A stretch of DNA of 62,419 bases, taken from contig CAXGBD010000001.1 in assembly GCA_964008355.1 (NCBI GenBank), positions 1-62,419 on the forward strand, given 5' to 3'. The notes beneath the pieces are model-generated. The model was not told the DNA's origin, did not search any database, and saw nothing but the letters and a program-made list of their open reading frames with translations. Origin of the DNA: an uncultured Gammaproteobacteria bacterium (GTDB lineage: Bacteria > Pseudomonadota > Gammaproteobacteria > Steroidobacterales > UBA11654). Positions 56,614 through 62,419 of the stretch are shown here, in pieces; positions within the stretch are counted from its first letter, which is position 1; each line of letters starts with the position of its first letter. The position numbers were made by a program, and so were the translations under genes.

Positions 56614-58608
56614 TTGTCTTATCTCAGATCTGGGGATGCAAAGATGTGCCTAACTGCATGCAATGTTGCTCTCAAGCGTTTTCCCAAAGATGTAAACTTA
56701 TTGTGTCTCAGCGCCCGTGCCAATATCTCACTTCGATTATTTGAGGATGCAAAAAAGAGTCTCGATGAGGCCATTCTGATTGCTCCCGATTTTATAATGG
56801 CAAGAGATACTTATGGAGATTTACTATTTATCCAAGGACAACCCGATCAAGCACTCAAGGAATACCAATACACTCTCCAGTTGGATCCTAGTCGTACTCA
56901 TATAGAAGAGAAGATTGAGCGAGCCAAAGAACTGCAAATTAAACTACAGACATTACAGAAAAAGGCTCAGGAGGATCACAGCATAATCTCACAACAACGT
57001 CTGTCATTTGAGGAAGAAATGACTCAAGCACGAGAACATAAGGAATCAGGTAGGGGCAAGGAGGCGGAGGATATTTATCGTAGTATTTTAAAAAGAGACC
57101 CCAATCATGTTGAGGCGGCACGACTGCTGGCCCGAATCGCTATGGATCATGAACGTTATCATGAAGCAGAGATTTTATTGATGCGAGTTGTTAAAAATGC
57201 CCCTGATTATGCACGTGCTTGGATAGACTTAGCCAATACGCAAAACGATCAAGACAAGCACCATGAAGCCACAAAAAGCGCACATGAATTATTAAGAATT
57301 ACACCAGAAAGTGCCGAATCTTATATGTTGTATGCTGGTATTATTGGCTCAGCCGGACGTCATGAAGCAGCGATCATAGCCTATGAAAAAGCGATTAAGT
57401 TATCCCCTCAGAAGGCAGGAGCATTCTCTAGTATGGCCCATCATCTGAAAACTATAGGCCGTCAAGATGAAGCCATAGCAGCTTACCGTCATAGCATTGC
57501 AATTAAACCTGATCATACTGAATCCTATTGGAGTTTAGTGAATCTTAAGACTTTCCAGTTCAAAGATGAGGAAATCGATACGATGCAAGCATTGCTGTTG
57601 AAAAAAGATTTAAGCGATGAATCACGGGTACATTTACACAATGCCTTAGGGCTTGAGTACGAATCTCGTAAGGAGTATCAAAAGTCATTTGACAACATGA
57701 CAAAGTGCAATCAACTTCGACGAAAAGCAGAATCCTATGATCCCGTGGAAACAGAATCACTGCATCAGAAAATTATCACAATTTTTAATGCCGGATTCTT
57801 TGAGCAGGATGCAGCTGATGTCAGTGATGTTTCTCCAATTTTTATCGTCGGATTACCACGCTCAGGATCCACTCTTCTCGAGCAAATATTGGCCAGTCAT
57901 ACCCAGGTTGAAGGGACTTATGAACTGAGTGATTTATCTCGCACCATGCAGTCTGTCCGACGCCAGAACCCTCGAGGCAAGAAAAGCTTCCCAGAGAGCT
58001 TAGAGCATTTTAACCTTCAACAATGGGTTGCCATTGGTCAGGGCTACCTTGAAAGCACTCAAAAATATCGTACTGATCGAGCATTTTTTGTCGATAAAAA
58101 TCCTAATAATTTTACTTTTATTGGCGCTCTTAAATTGGCTTTGCCCAATGCTAAGATTATCAACGCAAGACGCCACCCACTTGATAGCTGCTATGGGTCT
58201 TACAAACAGTTATTTGCCAGTGGTCAATCCTTTAGTTATGACTTAGTTGAATTGGGAGAGTATTATCTGCAATATCAGAATCTAATGGAATATTGGCACC
58301 AGGTGTTACCGAATTTTATCCTCGATGTTCATTATGAGAATGTGGTTAATGACTTGGAAACAGAGGTAGAACGCATTCTTGATTTTTGTGGCTTGCCGTT
58401 TGAGGAGCATTGTTTGCGTTTTCATGAAACAGAAAGAGCAGTTAAAACTGCTAGCTCAGAACAAGTCAGACAACCTCTTTATTCCAGTTCGGTTAACCTG
58501 TGGCGAAATTATGAAAACAATTTAGGTGATTTAATAGAAATCTTAAAACCACTATTAATTCAATTGCCAAAATCTGAACAGCCACTATCCCTACAAACTG
58601 AGGATTAA
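56614..58608 (+). CDS. TPR-repeat / sulfotransferase fusion protein
   Basis: An N-terminal TPR array of about 330 aa, then a sulfotransferase domain with 5'-PSB GLPRSGSTLLEQIL and 3'-PB-like ARRHPLDSCYGSY. The start codon is uncertain (see findings). Confidence 0.85.
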   Translation: MSYLRSGDAKMCLTACNVALKRFPKDVNLLCLSARANISLRLFEDAKKSLDEAILIAPDFIMARDTYGDLLFIQGQPDQALKEYQYTLQLDPSRTHIEEKIERAKELQIKLQTLQKKAQEDHSIISQQRLSFEEEMTQAREHKESGRGKEAEDIYRSILKRDPNHVEAARLLARIAMDHERYHEAEILLMRVVKNAPDYARAWIDLANTQNDQDKHHEATKSAHELLRITPESAESYMLYAGIIGSAGRHEAAIIAYEKAIKLSPQKAGAFSSMAHHLKTIGRQDEAIAAYRHSIAIKPDHTESYWSLVNLKTFQFKDEEIDTMQALLLKKDLSDESRVHLHNALGLEYESRKEYQKSFDNMTKCNQLRRKAESYDPVETESLHQKIITIFNAGFFEQDAADVSDVSPIFIVGLPRSGSTLLEQILASHTQVEGTYELSDLSRTMQSVRRQNPRGKKSFPESLEHFNLQQWVAIGQGYLESTQKYRTDRAFFVDKNPNNFTFIGALKLALPNAKIINARRHPLDSCYGSYKQLFASGQSFSYDLVELGEYYLQYQNLMEYWHQVLPNFILDVHYENVVNDLETEVERILDFCGLPFEEHCLRFHETERAVKTASSEQVRQPLYSSSVNLWRNYENNLGDLIEILKPLLIQLPKSEQPLSLQTED

Positions 58609-58678
58609 TCATTGATTGATTATTTTTTGCTTTCTCTTTTAACTCAATGCTGGATGCTCAACATTAGAGTGTTAACTT

Positions 58679-58694
58679 ATTCAATATATTGAAT
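58679..58694. repeat. perfect 16-bp palindrome ATTCAATATATTGAAT (candidate operator)
   Basis: Read directly. It lies 135 bp upstream of the TBDR start codon. Confidence 0.4.
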
Positions 58695-58742
58695 GAAAAT
58701 ACAAAAATCTATGTGAAAAAAAGACCTTCTGAAAATCGATTT

Positions 58743-58772
58743 AGCTATTGTTAAAGCTATAAAAAAGCTATA
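58743..58772. repeat. three phased direct repeats AGCTAT(T/A) at 58743, 58755 and 58766
   Basis: Read directly. The spacing of 12 and 11 bp is about one helical turn. The repeats lie 57-86 bp upstream of the TBDR ATG. Confidence 0.4.
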
Positions 58773-58828
58773 TTGTATGGTGGTTCTAATACAACTTTAA
58801 TAGTTGATCTAAACTTTGGGGGAAACCA

Positions 58829-61450
58829 ATGACAGATAATAATTTGAAGTCAAATCTAAAACTAAATCCAGTCCATCTTGCTGTACTGGCAGCTCTATAT
58901 CCCAGCTATCAAGCAATGGCTCAAGATCTAGCACTGGAAGAGATTGTTGTTACTGCGACAAAACGTAGTTTAAATATTCAAGATATTGCCTCAACTGTGC
59001 AAGCTATTCCAGAGGAAAGCTTGAAATTAATGGGTGCTAAATCCATGGAGGATTTTGCCCGTTTTATGCCAGGAGTTAATGTGGTCTCTGGGGTTACCAG
59101 TAGTACCGTGGTATTTCGTGGAGCCATCACCGGTTCTGGTTACATTGCTTCCTCATCAGGCTCAGTCTATTTGGATGAACTACCACTAACACAAGTAGGC
59201 TCACAGCCGAATGTGCGTTTGGTTGACATCGCACGTGTTGAAGCATTGTCTGGACCACAAGGAACTCTCTACGGTTCGGATGCACAGGCTGGAACCATGC
59301 GCATCATCACCAATAAACCGGTGATGGGAGAAACGAGTTCCGTTTTTGATGGTGAGTACAGAATGAATCCAGAAGGCGATCCTAGTTATCGCGGGTCCTT
59401 TGTCTTTAACTTTCCCCTTAAAGACAATCTTGCTTTACGGATGTCACTTTTCAATGATGAAGACGGTGGTTATATAGACAATATTTATGGACACACTGCC
59501 GATAACAGTTTCGGAGATCCATGGCCTCAAGCAGGCAAAGCCGGTGGGCATGGAACACTGGATAATGCTGCTTCTGTTGATAGCGATGTTAATTTTGCAA
59601 GGGTCAAAGGTGGCAGGGTTGCACTCAAATGGGAGATGGATGACAGCTGGTCAGCTACCGTCTCTTCAATGCATCAGGAGACCTCACAAGGATCAGGCAA
59701 CTACTATGATATATATAGGGGTGATCTAAACCTTGTTTCCTTTCATGATGATTGGTACAAGGAAGATTGGCAGGCCCATGCGTTTAATGTTGAAGGCGAT
59801 CTTGGTTTTGCCCAACTGGTAGCATCAGTGTCTTATCATGAAAGACAAGGAGGTGGTGTGTGGGACATTACCAATTACGCTCATTACTGGTCACACAACT
59901 ATTGTTCTGATTCGTACTACACCCAAGACTATGCTCCATATTATTATGCAAACCCTGAAACCGGATACATCTCTTGGTATCCTGTCTATTGTCAGGGCAC
60001 GGGCATTGATTCTGATTTTTATTCCTCATATCAAGGTAGGAGCGGTAACGATAAATTGGCTGCAGAAATTCGTCTCAGCGGCCAGAGCGATAGATTTGAC
60101 TGGCTCGTGGGAATGTACTATGAAGATGCGGAAGATTGGTGGACAGCACCGTTTGCAATCCCCACCAATGGCGGCAAGGTTAAATTGGGAGAATCCACTT
60201 TTCAGTCTTCATTCGCAGCTGCTGCCTATAGATTTGCTGGAGTAGACTACCCAAGTGCAACCTCGCATTGGTATTCCGAGAGTGCAACTGAGTGGGATCA
60301 AAAAGCTATATTTGGTGAATTGACTTGGCATGCGAATGATAAGATTGACGTCACTTTTGGTGCACGGAGTTTTGATCGCACCAATACCCAATGGTATATC
60401 GTCAACCACCCAGGTGGAGAAGGCGTTCAAGGGTATCCGGACTCAGCTGTTCCCGAAACACAAGCGTATCGTCTGGAACAACAGGCTTTAGGTAAAGTCG
60501 GTCTAGCTACCACAAAAGGACGTACGGGTAATGACAAGGAATTCATTCCAAAAATCAGTGTTAAATACCTGTTGAGTGACGAAAGTATGATCTATGGGTT
60601 GTACACCAAGGGTTATCGACCCGGGGGTGTTAATCGTAGTCGTGGCGACCCATTCTTTCCAAATGCTTATGGGCCTGACATGATGGAGAACAGAGAAATT
60701 GGCTACAAGTCAACTTTTGCCCAAGGCAGAGGACGTCTCAATGTCATTGCCTATGATATGGAATGGTCTGAATATCAACTGGAACAGGTTGACCCATCAC
60801 AAGTGCCTTGTGATTCCAACGGCAACGCCGTAGATTTAGGATCCCCTGATGCAGATGCTGGTGTAAAAACACCCGGTGTTTGCGGACAGCCATGGCAAAA
60901 CTTGGTGGCCAATACAGGTCAAGCGCACATCACAGGCGTGAACCTTGAATTGGACTACCGGGTGAATGAAAGGTTAAGCCTTGGTTTCAACGTCGAGGTC
61001 AAGGAAGCAGAGACTGATGAGGATGCAACTGGTATCGTTGAATCTGGTCTACAATTACCGTTATCAGCCGATGGCAAAGGTGCTATCTGGTTAGATTATA
61101 CTTGGGAAGCCTCACAATGGGGATCAAACTATGGTTTCGCAAGATTCCAATATTCCAAACAAGGCGCTATTTGGAATAATCTAGACGGTGGAGCCGTAGC
61201 CGATAGCATGAATCCTAGACAACGCGTTCCTGGCTATGCAATTGCAGATGCTAGAATCGGATTGCAAGGTGATGATTGGGAGGTCTCATTGTTCGTCAAT
61301 AACCTCTTCGATGAACGCGCCGCCTATACTTACAGTGGCGGGCAATTCTTATGGGGAATGGGTTCCTCAGCAGATGGTGTTGACCATCATCAGCTAGTTT
61401 ATGTGAACCGCCCACGTGAAGTTGGTATTCGATTCACCCAATCTTGGTGA
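58829..61450 (+). CDS. TonB-dependent receptor
   Basis: Signal peptide, EEIVVTATKRS, VVFRGA and YGSDAQAGTMRIITNKP plug motifs. 873 aa, terminal ...FTQSW. GGGGG SD 7 nt upstream. Confidence 0.92.
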   Translation: MTDNNLKSNLKLNPVHLAVLAALYPSYQAMAQDLALEEIVVTATKRSLNIQDIASTVQAIPEESLKLMGAKSMEDFARFMPGVNVVSGVTSSTVVFRGAITGSGYIASSSGSVYLDELPLTQVGSQPNVRLVDIARVEALSGPQGTLYGSDAQAGTMRIITNKPVMGETSSVFDGEYRMNPEGDPSYRGSFVFNFPLKDNLALRMSLFNDEDGGYIDNIYGHTADNSFGDPWPQAGKAGGHGTLDNAASVDSDVNFARVKGGRVALKWEMDDSWSATVSSMHQETSQGSGNYYDIYRGDLNLVSFHDDWYKEDWQAHAFNVEGDLGFAQLVASVSYHERQGGGVWDITNYAHYWSHNYCSDSYYTQDYAPYYYANPETGYISWYPVYCQGTGIDSDFYSSYQGRSGNDKLAAEIRLSGQSDRFDWLVGMYYEDAEDWWTAPFAIPTNGGKVKLGESTFQSSFAAAAYRFAGVDYPSATSHWYSESATEWDQKAIFGELTWHANDKIDVTFGARSFDRTNTQWYIVNHPGGEGVQGYPDSAVPETQAYRLEQQALGKVGLATTKGRTGNDKEFIPKISVKYLLSDESMIYGLYTKGYRPGGVNRSRGDPFFPNAYGPDMMENREIGYKSTFAQGRGRLNVIAYDMEWSEYQLEQVDPSQVPCDSNGNAVDLGSPDADAGVKTPGVCGQPWQNLVANTGQAHITGVNLELDYRVNERLSLGFNVEVKEAETDEDATGIVESGLQLPLSADGKGAIWLDYTWEASQWGSNYGFARFQYSKQGAIWNNLDGGAVADSMNPRQRVPGYAIADARIGLQGDDWEVSLFVNNLFDERAAYTYSGGQFLWGMGSSADGVDHHQLVYVNRPREVGIRFTQSW

Positions 61451-61483
61451 TTGGATAGCAAGCTCAAGTGATAAGATAAAAAG

Positions 61484-61509
61484 AACCGGGCATTTGCCCG
61501 GTTTTTTTT
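61484..61509. terminator. intrinsic terminator, probably bidirectional
   Basis: AACCGGGC-attt-GCCCGGTT followed by T8 and preceded by AAAAAG. The T-tract overlaps the stop codon of the convergent gene. Confidence 0.75.
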
Positions 61510-62419
61510 AATCCTGATAGGGCCAGATCTCTAACCCATGGATTGCATTTCTAATATCCATCGTCAAATTAACTGATCCTACAACCATAGCGGCTTCAAA
61601 ATCATAGAGAGTCACAGTTGATGGCGAAGAACCACCGGCAACAAATCGGTCCCCGATTGTGCACAGACCCCGGCCAAACCCTTGGCGAGCAATATTAGAG
61701 TCATCGATACCGGAAAATTGGATGTCTTTTTCTTGATAGGTAATAATCTTATAGGCTTGTTCTTGTCCTTGACGTGGCACATAACGAACGCAGTCGCTAG
61801 CGGTGTCATTGAATAGCACTCCATCTTTCCAAAGCTGCGGGTTGTGTGTGTAAGCAGGGAGATCGCAAACAGTTTTGATTTCATTGCTACTGGTTAAAAA
61901 CAACAATCCATTGGTATGCAAGCCAGAGAGAAAAATTCCCTTGTCATCGACATGGACCATGTTAATGTGAAAATCATTGACTAATCTGGGCCCATGATTA
62001 CTTTGTGGGTCAAAAGTATGACCGGTCCATTGACCGTATTCTTGTCGTAACTGAAATCCCCAGTCGAATTCTTTAGTATCCAGATTAAAAGCCAGCAAAC
62101 TATCAAAACCTGTCGATGTCAGTAGTAGGCGCCGTTCCATTCTGCATATTTCATGGGTGTGTTTTAAATAGGGATTTTTGTAAGAGTTCTGGATTGTAAA
62201 AGTCTGGTCATAGCAAAACAGTTCGTCGCTGGCTGCAATATAAATCTCATCACCATCGAACGTAATTCCTCTTAAGCCCCGATCAGCCCCTCTACCTTCA
62301 AAGTCAATGTCACTGGTATTCCAATCGACATGCTGTTGACCTTGTTGATGTTCAAAGTCAACGGTATAGATGCCACCATGGCTTTCACCTTGTTGGCTTC
62401 CTCGAACGACCGAGGTGAG
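61508..62419 (-). CDS. beta-propeller-like hypothetical protein, possibly DUF4915/TIGR03032-related; 5' end outside window
   Basis: The ORF track starts at Met 62140, but the same frame has no stop in the 93 codons up to the window edge (...GITFDGDEIYIAASDELFCYDQ...HEICRMERR...). THNPQLWKDGVLFNDTASD resembles the PHSPRW..G.LWLLNSGTG block as I remember it. Confidence 0.5.
   Translation of the reverse strand, partial: LTSVVRGSQQGESHGGIYTVDFEHQQGQQHVDWNTSDIDFEGRGADRGLRGITFDGDEIYIAASDELFCYDQTFTIQNSYKNPYLKHTHEICRMERRLLLTSTGFDSLLAFNLDTKEFDWGFQLRQEYGQWTGHTFDPQSNHGPRLVNDFHINMVHVDDKGIFLSGLHTNGLLFLTSSNEIKTVCDLPAYTHNPQLWKDGVLFNDTASDCVRYVPRQGQEQAYKIITYQEKDIQFSGIDDSNIARQGFGRGLCTIGDRFVAGGSSPSTVTLYDFEAAMVVGSVNLTMDIRNAIHGLEIWPYQD

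Noticed and set aside
58606-58630. Hairpin AATCA-ttgat-TGATT plus T-run after the sulfotransferase gene as a terminator
   Set aside because: A 5-bp all-weak stem is not convincing as an intrinsic terminator.
51560-61450. Apparent GC-rich island: the two large TBDR genes looked GC-richer than the rest
   Set aside because: Hand counts of single 60-nt lines gave 42-57% in the TBDRs. Lines in acnA and pepA gave 48-50%, valS 43%, and lptG 32%. The spread tracks amino-acid composition and conservation, so I cannot support a compositional island by eye. It needs a computed sliding-window GC and codon analysis.
1-62419. CRISPR arrays, IS elements or transposases, integrases, prophage, toxin-antitoxin or known defence systems
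   Set aside because: I saw no spaced repeat arrays and no ORFs with recombinase, transposase, nuclease-helicase or restriction-modification-type motifs. Every ORF over 100 aa is accounted for by the calls above. A sensitive HMM scan could still find something that reading by eye missed.

Overview
This is a gene-dense, AT-rich chromosomal segment. It holds about 55 genes, most gaps are under 100 bp, and many gene ends overlap by 4-17 nt. I assign it to a gammaproteobacterium from conserved synteny blocks: pepA-holC-valS divergent from lptF-lptG; cpoB-queE-queC-tRNA-Lys; purB-mnmA; uvrC-pgsA. The compaction, low GC and three TonB-dependent receptors (TBDRs) suggest a streamlined marine lineage; SAR86-like is only a guess.

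Roughly two thirds is housekeeping: hda, proS, pssA, valS, pepA, lptFG, queEC, thrA-thrC, acnA, mnmA, purB, fumC, mazG, uvrC, pgsA.

Two stretches look accessory:
- 15.0-27.9 kb, directly downstream of tRNA-Lys. It carries DUF2237, an exported HemF-like protein coupled to a membrane protein, a set of small-molecule tailoring-type enzymes, a TBDR with a His/Glu-rich insert, and a P-loop / haloalkane dehalogenase / CoA-transferase operon.
- 45.9-62.4 kb. It carries three exported hydrolases, then two TBDRs flanking an orphan ORF, an Asp/Asn beta-hydroxylase-family cupin, an MTHFR-family protein and a TPR-sulfotransferase fusion, followed by a propeller-like ORF that runs off the window.

I saw no rRNA, CRISPR array, transposase, integrase, phage gene or recognisable defence system. 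The best candidates for something undescribed are the TBDR-flanked hydroxylase/sulfotransferase cluster, the exported HemF-like two-gene module, and the dehalogenase operon; a ProRS lacking its editing domain is a separate oddity.

All family assignments come from motif recognition by eye. No searches were run.
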